Positions 22,241 through 34,841 of a stretch of 36,139 nt of DNA are shown here, piece after piece. The notes under the pieces were generated by a model. The model saw nothing but the letters and a program-made list of their open reading frames with translations, searched no databases and was not told the DNA's origin. Positions within the stretch are counted from its first letter, which is position 1; each line of letters opens with the position of its first letter. Made by a program: the position numbers and the translations under genes. This DNA comes from Octopus bimaculoides (Eukaryota): the NCBI RefSeq assembly GCF_001194135.2, contig NC_068983.1, positions 60,969,718 through 61,005,856 on the forward strand, read 5' to 3'.

Positions 22241-23339
22241 CTATGACGTCACCGAAGTGTTTCTCTTTACACCTCATTGTAATAAAGTCTGTTAATTCCT
22301 CTTCAGCCTCATTTTTAATGACTTTATCAAAAAACGAAGTGGCGTATCCATAACTTTTTTCAGGGCCTTTAAGATTTATGGAAGAAAGGGAGTAAGTTAT
22401 CTTCGAACCAATGATTTGGCGGAATGCTTACAAAAAACTGAACTCCAATAAAAGAACCTAATGACAAGGTTGTGGTGATAAACCGAGTGATGGATTAAGT
22501 TAGGCCTCGCATAGTAAGAGCAGGGTCCGCCTTTATGTCATACCGTGAACAAGAAAATTGCATGAGGAGTATCAACTATATCAATTGATCATTAAATGAA
22601 ATGAAATATCTCCTTTTGAAAATTGTAAGTTAGGTTTATATCTATACCACATTGTCTTCAACTTTTATTCTCGGTTTAATGTATGCTTCAATTCTATCAT
22701 ACTAAAATAATGTCGTTAATTACATAGAAAAGATTAACTGCAATACATTTCAGTTTTATTTTTCAAAGTATTATCTACTTTAACCTATTAAGGTGAAGAA
22801 TTAACAGAGTGCTAAGATCGTTGGATAGCGTGTTTAGTGAGAGTGGTCACTAATTTATAGTATGAAAGTGTTCGTGGAAAAGTCCTGTAAATGAGCTTTT
22901 GAGAAGCATGTGTAATGGAATATCAGAAGGCAGAGTTTTTAAACAAATAATTTGATTTGTAAAATTATCACAAGAGCTAACAAGTAATAAGACCGTAGCT
23001 TGTGTGTATGCATGAATCAGAGAAAGTATCATAACTTACGTTTGAAGAATAGAATCAGTTGGAAGTCGCTATAAGCTAACAGAAACAGAGCTAGCTTAAG
23101 CGAAAACATACTGTTCATTATGTGGCTGTTGTCATCCAGAATTTCGCGGAGCGAAATGGGCAGAAATGAATTAGGCTGTTCATGATGTAGCAAGTTGAGA
23201 GCGGCTAAAAATTTAGAGCGAGCGGCACAAACTTAGTGTGAAAAGCAATGAGCTGTCCTGCTGTTGCTGATCCTCCGTCTTTCTGCTAGCTGATAAAATC
23301 TCCCGTTTCACTTCATGGGCAAAAAACTGCCTCTAGTAT

Positions 23340-23540
23340 TCATATGCGCCCAGCCCTGATTGGCTGGGGAATGTCATAGTACAGTTGTGCTATGACACGA
23401 CAAATAAAATAGCTTTCCTGACATGTTACAAATGTCTCGCTTTCTGAGTTCAAATCTCGCCGAGTTGAACTTAGCCTTCCGGGGTTTATAAAAATAGTGT
23501 CAATCCAAAGCGAGTGGATTGGCAAAAATGATAGCAGGTT
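23340..23540 (-). mobile_element. Dominant-SINE-like copy (diverged)
   Basis: Contains TTCTGAGTTCAAATCTCGCCGAGTTGAACTTAGCCTT on the plus strand at about 23441-23478. Orientation and limits are approximate. Confidence 0.45.
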
Positions 23541-23639
23541 GGTCAAGATACCTTGCTATATCTCTTCCGGGATTTTACGTTCTTACATCAAGGCTTATAA
23601 CGTGGCTGGTGCTATGGTCTTATCAAAAGTGAAACAATT

Positions 23640-23883
23640 AGTAAAAGAATAAAAGTGAAACAATATTGTACCGCTGGAAAAAAATTGGAAGGGTCGTATA
23701 GGGAGGGCTATAGCTCTCTATATGGGAAGGGGCCAAAATTTGACACCCCACCCCGTCTAGAACCTTCCCCGAGTAATGAAAACCCTTCATGCCAAATTTG
23801 GTACAGATTGATCCAGTGGTTTGGCCGTGCATAGAGGAGACACACAAACACACACACAGACAGTGAATTTTATATGTATAGAT
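23640..23883 (+). mobile_element. Non-autonomous Helitron-like element 3' part
   Basis: CATGCCAAATTTGG...GATCCAGTGGTTTGGCCGTGCATAGAGG, then a CA run and TTTTATATGTATAGAT; same end type as 1-107. Confidence 0.5.
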
Positions 23884-24845
23884 TGATTATCATCTTATAG
23901 GGTGGAGATTTCTCTTGCATCCGTTTCAAGGATTGCTGAACTTCATAAAAGAATTAGTATGTTTAAATTTCATTGGATATTATAGAAAGCATATAAATTC
24001 TATTTATATATTTTCAGACTTCAACTTATGATTTCTGTATCTGAAGTATATCTATTTAGTGTCTGTAAATACATTATTAGGGGTAGTAGGCGTTGATTTA
24101 TAACCAACCTTCGAGGATGATGCTTGAACCATATACAAAATGATATTCTTCAAGCGTTATATGTTAGTCAAATTTAGTTAGAAGTTAGACATCTAGCATA
24201 AAGAATATTGATTAGCTGAGTGCAGAGAAAGTAGTCGTCCTTGTTTCATCCAATGTCAGTTCTGAACGAGCAGGCTAATGATCAAAAGTATTCATTCTCT
24301 TACGGGCATTGTGTATCTAGAACTACCTTTCTAATATGCTCTTTCTGTCTTTTTAAAATAGTAGATATAATTTGAGGGCGATTTGGCAGCTACTTGTAAC
24401 AGATCAAGCAACCAAGTAGAAGCACACACATTGGCTAGTGACACGGGGGTTTTCTGTAGTCACTGACCAAGAAAAAATTGTGTTAAACACTCAGTTATAA
24501 CTGTTGATACATGTTGCTACTAACTGGGTTCTGTAAGAATGGAGGATTTCATATCAACTGTTACTATCAGGATTCTTTAGTTATGGGGAATTCTCGCTAG
24601 TCGAATTCTTATGTTCTTCATTTCAATATTTAGTAAAGGCTCACGTTAGTAATTTTGAAGTATGTGAATACTTTCTTTCAAAATTCCATAGTTGTTTTAT
24701 GAATAACGTTATTGTTTGATACTCTAAAATGTCACCACTAATTTTAAGTAATCGTTCATAGAAACTAGGAGCAACGTGATAGTACTGAAGGTGGCGCTCG
24801 ATTATAGTAATAAACTGCTGGAGTAACATAATTATGTAAATTGTT

Positions 24846-24860
24846 GAGTGTGTGTGTGTG

Positions 24861-24906
<46 letters not shown>

Positions 24907-24920
24907 TGTGTGTGTGTGTG
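24846..24920 (+). repeat. Interrupted (GT)n microsatellite
   Basis: Seen directly. Confidence 0.97.
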
Positions 24921-25214
24921 TTCTTCTTAGAGATCGTTTCAATCAATTATGTATATGCATGCAATTCGATCTCACTTGGATTTATTGTAATGTAATACAC
25001 TGTCGGAATTCAACAACCTGCTATTAATTGCGCTCTAAATTACCGCAGATTTATTCTTCGGTAATTGTACATCAATTCTCTATACAAATATGTATGTTCA
25101 TGTGCGCATGAGTATGTATGTGTATATTTGTGGATGTATGTATGTATAACCAATTAATTTCTTATTTCTTAAAGCCTTATTTTCGAGGTGTGTGTATGTG
25201 TGTGTGTGTGTGTG

Positions 25215-26284
25215 TTGATTGTTACTTCTTGTCAGAGTGCCACCTCCTCATTAAACTTGGACGGTCATGTGTACGCAGGTGACTTTTCAGCCTGGTTTTC
25301 GTCCTGTAGGAACGTTCGCAAGTGACAACTATTTTTCTTTTCAGTACGAATGTACTGTGGTGCGTGTGGCGGTATAACAATCTCACTAGCAGGTTCATTT
25401 CTTCCTAGCAGATGTCTTTAAATGGCTGACAAACCAAACCCATATCGGTTCCTGCTAGGTTTCTGCAGTCACTGCATTTGGGTCCCCTTGCGGTGTATTC
25501 GCTTTTATTCAAAACTGTCACATCTGTACTTGATAGTTTCTCTCCATGAAGTACGGTTTTCAGCCAACGTCTCCCAGATAACCACATTAATCTCCAAGAC
25601 TTTAGGATTACCTTTTATGGCATTCTTGTTTCTAGGTTTGTTTTTATGCTTTTCCTTCAATACAAACCTAAAATACCTATTTAGGTAGCCCACATTCTTC
25701 CATCCTGACGACATGATCAGCCCAACGCATCTGGTTCAGAATTATTCTTTTCTGAATACTGCTGTTACGAGCTTTCTCAAATACAACGAATTCGGGGACC
25801 ACTTTATGTTCAGGATGCGCCGAATACTGTGCTGATGATGTCTTTCTAATTGTTAGATATGATGTCTGTAAGTTATCCACATTTCGCATCTGTATAGCAG
25901 AGCTGTAAGAACACAAGATTCATACACAGCGAGCTTCGTGTCACTCGTGACACTCCGATCTAACTAAATCCGCTTCTCAAATTTCCCGCAAACAGCATCA
26001 GCTGTCGCAATCCTGTGATCTATTTCAGAATCAAGGGAGCCATCTCTTCCAAGATACACAGAGCTGACCAACGCTTCAAGACTTTTCCCTCCCACGAAAA
26101 TTTCAGGTTCCACATATTATCTCCCAACTGGAGAAGTGTACATGAACTTTGTCTTTTTTTATGTTAATATTTATATTAAATGCAGTGCATGCATTATAGG
26201 TGTCCAATATCATTTGTATGTCCTTCGTTGAATAAGTCATAAAAGCAGCATCGTCAACGTAAAGGAACTCTCTAACAAGAATGC
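25215..26284 (-). mobile_element. RTE (BovB-like) LINE, 3' half of the RT ORF
   Basis: VREFLYVDDAAF (YADD equivalent at 26261-26250), INIKKTK, MRWADHVVRMEECGLPK and WETLAENRTSWRETI. Confidence 0.88.
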
Positions 26285-27570
26285 TGTTGTGGCGGACGCC
26301 CCGAGGTGAGAAATGGGCTGGTCCACTACTAATGAATTGTGGACAGACTCAGTAAGTAGTGTCAGCCCGCGAGGTATTTTTGTTGTACAATCGAAGACGA
26401 AGCCAAAATACTGAAGATTACAATAACCAAAAAAGTGAATTGGTGAGAGTATGACCTGGAAATGGCCATACAAGTAAGCCTTAAAGATTTACACGAAATC
26501 ACCGAAGAAATCATTTTACCAGACGACATGAGACTGAGAGTAGTGATGGAAGGCAGACCACGAACATATTATCTGTGTGGTCAAAAGGGGAACATGAAAG
26601 CAAGGTGCCCCAAGAAGGAAAATAAAGAGGAAAAGCACAAGCAACAATGGGAAGAAAAGAGTACCGAAGTGGTGGTGCCGGAAGGAGAGAAGAACAGAGA
26701 GGAGGAATTGTTCACCGTTGTGAATAGGAGGAAAAGGAAAGAGCGTGTGAGCTCTCCACCAGAGAGTCAAAAAAAGAAGGAGGTAGAGTTGGAAGTGATA
26801 AGGAGCTGGTTCGAAATACCAGCAGCACTAGCATTACCAACAGAACGCAACGAGGAAGCAGGAACATCATTACAACTCGAAGCTAAAGACATAGATGTAA
26901 AAGAAAGTTTTGGTACACTAGCAGAGGAAATAAAAAGAAAGACTCGTTTGGACAACCCAGACCCGTCGCTGAAACAAACAGAAGTAAAACAGAGGAAGAA
27001 CAAGTGACATACGGTCACACACGTCAAAAGTACCGAAATTGAAAGAAGGATAACAAAATTCAAATCGGTCATAGGAGTTAAGTTGCCACCAGAGAAATAT
27101 TCGGAAAACATTAAAGAAATAATAATCGTCAAAGAAAGATACAGAAACCTAAAAGAAATGTTAGGGAGTAATATAGACCCTTTCGGGGGTGAGATAGAAT
27201 TTGATGAATTACCACCAGTCGTGGAGTACGAGGATTTGAGACCGTGCATGAACTGTTTAAAAAAAATGAAAGTAAAAATGTATTTGGAAAAAAAGAAAAA
27301 AGAAACAGACTTTTAAAAGGAGGAAAAAATTATGCTAAAAGAGAAAAAAAGGAGAAAGAAAAATTTTGTAAAACTGTATGATTTAACAGTTAAATGATAA
27401 TGCTTGAGAAGTGGGGCTCAATGCAGCCATTGCATCATCATTTATTTATTATCATTTTATACATTTTTCATTCATTTTATGTTTTTGTCCCCACTGTAGC
27501 GTTCTGTCTGTCCTTGTGCTGTCCCCTCTGTGTTAGGGCCATAGTGCCTAATAAAAAATCAGTCAGTCAG
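26285..27570 (+). mobile_element. Element C: 5'-truncated ORF1-only element inserted into the RTE LINE
   Basis: RVVMEGRPRTYYLCGQKGNMKARCP (decayed knuckle), FTVVNRRKRKERVSSPP and VIGVKLPPEKYSEN...LPPVVEY. The 3' UTR ends AATAAAAAAT followed by a short (CAGT)n run. Confidence 0.78.
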
Positions 27571-27636
27571 TGAGGTACGCTGTTCGGGCCAGTCACGCAG
27601 ACGACGAAATGCTTCGTCATAATGCGGGACATATCA

Positions 27637-29010
27637 AATGCCAAATGTTTTTGACCTGGTGTTGAACCGTCTTATATTAAAGATTTTTCTATAGGTTCTA
27701 AATCGCGTGTGCACACTGAAGTCGAAGACTTGGAAGGCATACATAAGTAGCACAGCAAAGTATAGAGAGAAGAGAGTGGAAACCGAAATGTCGTTTTGTT
27801 TGAACCGTTTTCCACTGGAGTTGGCTCTGAAAGTGCTCCATTAAAGTTCACTTTTGCCCTCATGTTTTGATTAAGCTTTTTGAATATTCCAACAAATTCA
27901 GGACGACATCTAAGCTTCCCCAGTATGATCCCCAGTGCACTAAGATTAGCAGTGTCGAAGTATTGGAACTCTAACACAGATCTGAACTTCACACAGTAAA
28001 TATATAAAAAAGATTCTGAAGAAAAAATGTCTAAGATTGGAACTCTAACACATAACTGAACTGAACACAGTTCGCAAGTACTTGATACAATGGCACTCGT
28101 TGCTCAACACACTTTTCCATTAGCTGGCGGGCTATGAAGACCATGACCATAGTACCACGCCCAGCTCTAAATCCACACTGAATCTCGAGGATTGCTCCAG
28201 AACAAATACATTTTGTCAGGCGAATCAGCAAAACGTTGGATAAAACTTTTCCTACCGATCCGAGCAGATAATTACTACATTCAAACTTGGCGTTCTTGCC
28301 CTTGTAAATGGAAAACATAATAGCATCTACCAAGCCTTTTGGGGAAAGACTCGTCATACTATACACCTAAAACTAGCCATGAATGGCCACAGCCACATTC
28401 TCTCCTCCAAAGCGAATCAACTCCATCCAAACTTGGAGCTTTTCCTATGTTTATCTCTTTCATAGTAGGCCTTGCCACCTCAGCGATTGTATCATTCATC
28501 ATTTCTGTCATGATCTCCTTTTGGGTAGTCCATTAACAATTCCATCATCAATAACAGGCAGGTTATCAAACAGATCTTTAAAATATTCTGTTCTCCGATT
28601 CGTGATTCCTTCTGGATCTTTCATGTGGGCATGCCCATCTTTGACTTCAATCGTATCACTTTTGCGGACTGTGGGCCCAAAATTTGCCTTATTGTGCTGC
28701 ATAATGCCTTCGAGTCTCTGCAGACCACCAGCTATTCTACATCTTTCGAGTTTTACACTGCAGTTTTCACTTTGCCTCTCAAAGGTGGTCTGCACTAGAC
28801 CTTCTGCAACAGAACATTTCTCACACAGCTTGTTCTTCTCTTCAATGAGATTGGTGATTTCAGCATCACTATCATCAAACCAATCTTGGCGTTTTGTCTT
28901 TTTAAAACCGAGTACATCAATCCCGGTATCATAACCCTGCCTTTTGAACAGTTCCTAAGTTCCATCAAAAATAATATTGTCAAGTACATTATGAAGAGCA
29001 TCTTGCATTT
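27637..29010 (-). mobile_element. RTE LINE, 5' part of the same RT ORF (decayed)
   Basis: QCGFRAGRGT..FIARQLMEKCVEQRVPLY, NMRAKVNFNGALSEPTPVENG and RFRTYRKIFNIRRFNTRSKTF. It joins in frame to VREFLYVDD across element C. Confidence 0.85.
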
Positions 29011-29162
29011 CTAAATTTTGCAGTTTGGATGCATCTATATCTTTATCACTTTGACACTCGTTGCCCTCATTTTTCCTCTGATCTGCATTTTCGTCTTGCC
29101 ACGTATGTAGTGTGCACTACGTTCTGCATACCGCATTACTCATATGGAAAGGATACCCTCGT

Positions 29163-29163
<1 letters not shown>

Positions 29164-29195
<32 letters not shown>
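29164..29195 (+). repeat. (CT)n microsatellite
   Basis: Seen directly. Confidence 0.98.
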
Positions 29196-29199
<4 letters not shown>

Positions 29200-29224
29200 A
29201 GATCTCAAGTGTATTGATGTTTCT

Positions 29225-29420
29225 CTATAGATATCGTTTTGTTGGAGAAAAGTATTGTACAAGAGACCGAGAGCACAATACTGGCAGCGCAAGACCAAGC
29301 TTTGGCCACGAACTGGAGGGTCAACCTTAGGAATGAGCGAGTGTCGTTGATGTGCTGAAAAGAATGGATAGCATGGTGCCATAGGTTGCAGGTAGCAAGA
29401 CCACTACACATGTAAGACTC
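29225..29420 (+). mobile_element. Old fragment of an R4/NeSL-group (RLE) LINE
   Basis: IVQETESTILAAQDQALATNW is homologous to ETEALICAAQEQALRTNY in the neighbouring copy. Confidence 0.6.
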
Positions 29421-29454
29421 CAGGAGCGCCAACAAAACCTGTGCTAAAGAGAAG

Positions 29455-29505
29455 TAATAATAATAATAATAATAATAATAATGATAATAATAATAATAAT
29501 AATAA
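29455..29505 (+). repeat. (TAA)n microsatellite
   Basis: Seen directly. Confidence 0.98.
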
Positions 29506-30159
29506 GGTGGCTAGTGGCTATGAATGACTAAAAGTGATTTAAAACCGGAAACGGAGGCTCTTATCTGTGCTGCCCAAGAGCAAGCATTAAGAACCAATTA
29601 CATCAAATACAGAATAGACAACACATCAGAAAGTGATAAGTGCAGAATTTGTGAACAAAATGGTGAAACCGTATGGCATACTACCAGTCAACGTACACCA
29701 CTAGCTCAGAAGGAATATAAGAGACGTCATGACAATATAGCAAGGATTGTGCATTGGACACTTTGCAACAAGTATGGACTCGAAAATGATAATGCAAAGA
29801 TCCTATGGGATTTTATGATTCAGTGCGATCATGAGATAGAGAATAGGAAACCAGACATAGTGTTAATTGAGAAAGAAAGCAAACGATGCTGACAACAAGG
29901 TATGCGATAAGGAAGAAAGAAAAGTCGGGTCGCTGAAAAAGGTGGTAGTAGTACCAATAATTGTCGGAGCCCTATGAACAGTGAGTAAAACTCTTGAGAA
30001 GTACACGGAACAAACAGGAGCAGCAATAAGGGTGGAACACTTGCTTGGAACCGCTCGAATACTCTGGAAGGTGCTCGAAAAATAAGAGGTGTTATCTTAG
30101 TTCACTGGTAGTGAACAGTTGACACCGTAGTACACCATCGTGAAAAGCTGTGCAAAGAC
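29506..30159 (+). mobile_element. 5'-truncated R4/Dong-like LINE: CCHC finger and restriction-like endonuclease remnant
   Basis: KCRIC...ETVWH, EYKRRHDNIARIVHW, ILWDF.IQCDHEIENRKPDIVL, VPIIVGAL and LGTARIL. Flanked by TAA repeats on both sides. Confidence 0.85.
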
Positions 30160-30174
30160 AATAATAATAATAAT

Positions 30175-30314
30175 GGTTTCAAATTTTTCAACAAGGGCAG
30201 CAATTTGGGGGTAAAAAAATGAGTCGATTACACCGACCCCAGTGTTCAACTGGTACTTATTTTAACGAACCCGAAAGGATGATAAGTAAAGTCGACCTCG
30301 TTAGAATTTGAACT
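30175..30314 (-). mobile_element. Dominant SINE 3' part with (ATT)n tail, running into the gap
   Basis: The plus strand shows CGACCCCAGTGTTCAACTGGTACTT...CCGAAAGGATGA..AAAGTCGACCTCG..AATTTGAACT. Confidence 0.8.
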
Positions 30315-30602
30315 NNNNNNNNNNNNNNNNNNNNNNNNNNNNNNNNNNNNNNNNNNNNNNNNNNNNNNNNNNNNNNNNNNNNNNNNNNNNNNNNNNNNNN
30401 NNNNNNNNNNNNNNNNNNNNNNNNNNNNNNNNNNNNNNNNNNNNNNNNNNNNNNNNNNNNNNNNNNNNNNNNNNNNNNNNNNNNNNNNNNNNNNNNNNNN
30501 NNNNNNNNNNNNNNNNNNNNNNNNNNNNNNNNNNNNNNNNNNNNNNNNNNNNNNNNNNNNNNNNNNNNNNNNNNNNNNNNNNNNNNNNNNNNNNNNNNNN
30601 NN
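30315..30602. other. Assembly gap (N)
   Basis: Run of N. Confidence 1.
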
Positions 30603-30744
30603 CATCATTCTTAACCCATATTTTGTTAAATGATAGATAGGCAAAAAAAAAAAAAACCTTCGAAAAGTGAATTATTACCACAAAGGCGAATATATACAGC
30701 TTGTTACAGAAAACTAAAAATTCTCAGCTTACTAGTTAAATTCT

Positions 30745-31055
30745 TGTGGTATGATGGAGGAAAAAAGACAACAACAAGCAAAAGGACAGAATGAAACGTT
30801 GGACCTTACTTTGTCGACCGCAGCGGAGTACACGATCGCTCCTGATCAGAACACGTCTTTCTCGTAACCTCTCTGTTTTCTGACTGCCCCCACGTGCTAG
30901 CCTTCGACCGCGTGTCGCCGACTTCCGGTCTGACCCTTCCGGTCTGGCTTCACTTCTGTTTGCCTCACCTCTCTCCACCACAACACACAGCTCATCACAG
31001 TCCATAACACCACAATTCTTACTAAGAAGGAAGTGACCCATTTTGTCTGTATACA
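30745..31055. mobile_element. Possible solo LTR (TGT...ACA, CpG-rich)
   Basis: A GC/CpG-rich island bounded by TGTGG...ATACA. No matching TSD (ATTCT vs AGATT). Confidence 0.35.
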
Positions 31056-31849
31056 AGATTATTTAAACTGTATTCGTTTAAATACAACGTATCTTTGTCC
31101 AAGAGAAGATTCTCCTGCAAACCGGATAATATTTATCGACATGTGCCTGTACGATTCTTAGCATGTAGCTTCACTTATTCACGCATCATTATAATCTCTT
31201 CCCTCCGCCATTGCCTGTGAACTTCATTAATATACTTACAGAGCGTCGATAACGAGAACCCCAGCCTTTTGTCTGTTTCCAATCTCCTTAACCACGTCTA
31301 GTTGCACACAATATTTGTTGTATCCGCTAACAACACCCAAAATATTTTACATTCCTAAACTTCATGGGTTGTTTACCAAATAAACAATGTAGATAGGCCT
31401 GGACGATTGGTGTAACATGCACAAAAGCCATAAATCCATCAAATCTCTATATTCTCAGTACAGAATATTCAGCGAATGCAGTCGTGTCGACGCTACAACT
31501 TCCAACCATTTCGTCGATAAGAACACTATGGATCACAGAACTATATTAGGAAAACGAAGCGGGGAGTGATATTGGTATTTCATAAATAAGTGTATATTAC
31601 ATCATGTAATTTATATGAGTGGAATGTATATTATGTTTAAATGTAGGTTTTGTTTACATAGGTGTGTCTAATGCTCGTCTGTTTTATTTTAATTTTAGTT
31701 TCATTTTATTAAAATAACAATTATTCGTAATTCTGTCTTCTATTTAATTACAAATTATAACCATCCTCAGGAACATACACTGTTTCGGTAATATTTGTGT
31801 ATAAACATTTTCATAAATGGCTATACTGGTTGTTATTCATCAAAGGAAG

Positions 31850-32181
31850 TGTAGTGACATCTTATAGCAGACGACTGTGATATGTTCAATGTCCGGAGTT
31901 TTATCCACGCATGCGTAGAGTTCGACACCCAGCTTTGGCGCCTTTTCTCAGTCTCTTCGTTGACTGATCTCCGTCGAGCCAAGACGTCCAACAGAGCTCT
32001 CTCACATGTCAGCACCAGAGCTTCACAAATAACCACGGAAATCATTCAAGAGGCGTCTCAGTAACCGAGGGCGACGAGCTACCGAATTCCCTCCAAGCGT
32101 GAACTGAATTCCACTGTAAATAAATATTGTTATGTTGTTCAGAATCTGCGTTCCGTTGTTCCTTCTAGAAATTTAATGTAC
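31850..32181 (+). mobile_element. Probable solo LTR
   Basis: Starts TGTAGTGAC, has AATAAA at 32119, and is flanked by a perfect 5-bp direct repeat GGAAG (31845-31849, 32182-32186). The 3' end reads AC rather than CA. Confidence 0.5.
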
Positions 32182-32269
32182 GGAAGCGGTGTACACCTAA
32201 TGGTGTATAACCACTTCCCTACAGAAGTTTTGTCACATCATTGTCATCAGAATGTAATTTAGACATAAA

Positions 32270-32430
32270 GCCAGAAATTTTGAGAGAAGTGGTTTAGTCG
32301 ATACCGTTGACTTGAGTACTAGAGCGATACTATATTTTATTTCACAATGATGAAAGGCAAAATTACTCTCAGCAGGATTTGAACTCAGCCGGAACAAATC
32401 CTGCAAGGCGTTTTGTTCAGCGCGCTATTT
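32270..32430 (-). mobile_element. Dominant SINE copy (diverged)
   Basis: The plus strand shows GATGAAAGGCAAAATT...CAGGATTTGAACTCAG. Confidence 0.6.
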
Positions 32431-33619
32431 ACTGAAACATTGAATCATATGCGAAAATAATCAATGAAATGACAACGGGTTAAACTACAGAAAGCTAGCT
32501 GAACTTTGAAAAAGTTGTTTGTCATTATTCAAACCTTTTCATCCATAGCAAAGATCAATGGCTTTCTAAAGGCTGGGCAAGAAGTGATGTTATGTTTCTC
32601 TGTGAAAGCTACTGCTGTCCAAATGTTAGTACAGAAGAATACCTGCAGTGATGATACTTTATGGTGAAAATGCTATGGTTCAACAATCAACAAAGGAAGT
32701 TCTAGAAAAACACCGGCTGCTCTGTTGTTTTAAAAATGCTGTCATCATGGTATGTATCTATACTATTTGTAAGATTTAGAATGGGAGCAAGCTCAGTTTT
32801 TACTATTAAAGATACTGAGAGAAGATATTTCTAAATATTGTTAGTTCGAAATTTAATCGGATTTAAAATGTATACAGGAGTCTTTGAGTCATTTCTAAGA
32901 TTTCATAAATTAAAATACAGGTTTTCCATATGACATTTGTAGACTGTGCAAAAAAATATATCTTCCTTTCAAAATATGTTAGTACTTTTCAAATAGGAAA
33001 GCAAACATTAAAAGAAACTCGCAAGCTATTTTAACACAGCAAAACAGATGTATATCATAATTACATAATTTAAACAAAAACTAAAACAACATAAAATTAT
33101 TCTTTATCTATAACATATCTTACCGTTCTGGAATTTGTCTATCTTGACATGACAGCCTAAATAGAGATTAACAAATATAAATCTTAGGGAAAAATTACAC
33201 TGGCTAATAATGTGAGATTTTAATCCTAGCTGAAATCCAAGACCCCTTAGAAGAGAAATTCATGAACATAAGTACAGCTCAACGTAACTAACGCAGAATT
33301 TACTAAAAGATAAAGATTACTAAAATGTAAAATGCTACCGGTATTGATAAAGAATACAATTTGGGGTTAAATTACTGATATTCATGGTAATTATATAGTA
33401 GCTGTGGCAATTATGAAATTATTTATTAAACCGTAATCAACACTCGATTAGTAACTGGAGAAAAGTTGCATTTATTTCCACCGAACCAAAAAATTAAGTG
33501 ACCCGGTACAACTTAGAGAGTAATAACCAAGTACAACAACATATACAAAACCGTGACATCTATACATTCCAACGAAATTTACACTCAGCTAGAAAATAAT
33601 AACTTGTTACTGGAAAATT

Positions 33620-33779
33620 ATTGTGTGGTAAGAAGCTTGCTTTCCAACCACCTGGTTCCGGGTTCAGTCCCACTGCACGACACCTCGGGCAAGTGTCTTC
33701 TACTATAGCCACGGACCGACCAAAGCCTTGTAAGTGGATTTAGTAGACAGGAACTTAAAGAAGCCCACGGTATTATATA

Positions 33780-33857
<78 letters not shown>

Positions 33858-34012
33858 GTATGTTTGTGTGTGTCTTTGTCCCCCACTACCGCTTGACAAC
33901 CGGTTCGACAACAAAGTATCGATAGAATAAGTACCAGACTTTAAAAAAGTACTGGGTCGATTCATTCGGCTAAAATTCTTCAAGGCAGTGCCCCATCATG
34001 ACCGCAGTCTAT
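33620..34012 (+). mobile_element. Full-length SINE of the second family with an internal (TG)n array
   Basis: GTGGTAAGAAGCTTGC...GGGCAAGTGTCTTCTACTATAGCC...AAGAAGCCC, (TG)n at about 33782-33872, and a 3' segment GATAGAATAAGTACCAG...GGTCGATTCATTCG. Confidence 0.85.
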
Positions 34013-34222
34013 ATATGGTTATAAAGAACAGCTATGAACTGAACAATTATTAAAGACAGCAGGAAGAGAAGGAAAATCTAAATATGTTATGGATTGTTAA
34101 TAGAAAAGCCTGTGACGAAATATATCACAGTTATGGATATTGGAGACTTTACAAGCCCAGAGAATCTAGTAAAAACATTGTATGAGCTCAACTGGAATAC
34201 CAAAATGAATATGGGATTAGAC

Positions 34223-34570
34223 CAATGGTTCCCAAACGGTGCAGCGGAATGACTGAAAGACAATCAAAAGCTTACAAACGGTTTCAAAAAATTCATGTGC
34301 CAAACATAAATATGATTTCAAATTTTTAAATATCATTGGACTCTACCAGAAACAATATCTATTTGTCTCTTCAAAAGCGTTATACATTCTACAGTTCTCC
34401 AAGACATATTGCTGTGAACAAGATTTTCAGTTCTGATAAATATCAAAAACCAAAATAGGGAAATGCTTCTTTGTATTAATGAGGAGATGAGTTTGTTTAT
34501 CTCAAATTAGACCTAATATAAAGGAGATTACTCATCAAAAACAAGCTCATACATTTCATTAAATTTGTGT
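34223..34570 (+). mobile_element. hAT (Charlie-type) deletion derivative: TIR plus C-terminal dimerisation-domain remnant
   Basis: CAATGGTTCCCAAAC terminus. Peptides SSKALYILQFSKTYCCEQDF and RPNIKEITHQKQAHTFH* resemble the TYLCE..FS and KQAHxSH* consensus. Confidence 0.7.
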
Positions 34571-34841
34571 ACTTTAATCATATTATAAGTTGTGTTATAT
34601 ATTGTATTTCGCGCACTATTAGTCTTTTTTTTTCTTAATGTGCTTTTTATCACATTGTTATGACGTGAGTTGTGCACAAGGGTGTAAGAATAGTATTACT
34701 CAAATAAATATTTGGATATGATTATCTACAATAACCTTTCGCAGAATTAATATGTTCATACAGAACGCACTCCGTAATACTCCAAACGTAGTTACGATAT
34801 TAAACTAACACAGTAACGATGGACGGTCAACGTTGTCAACT

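Noticed and set aside
31100-31560. piggyBac-like YNKY peptide on the minus strand
   Set aside because: A single weak motif with multiple stops and no TTAA/TIR evidence.
33124-33156. Candidate upstream astacin micro-exons on the minus strand: 33124-33156, 23040-23075 and 22432-22457
   Set aside because: Each has plausible AG/GT sites and they can be phased together, but the peptide is not recognisably a signal or propeptide. Short exon-like strings arise by chance, so transcript data are needed.
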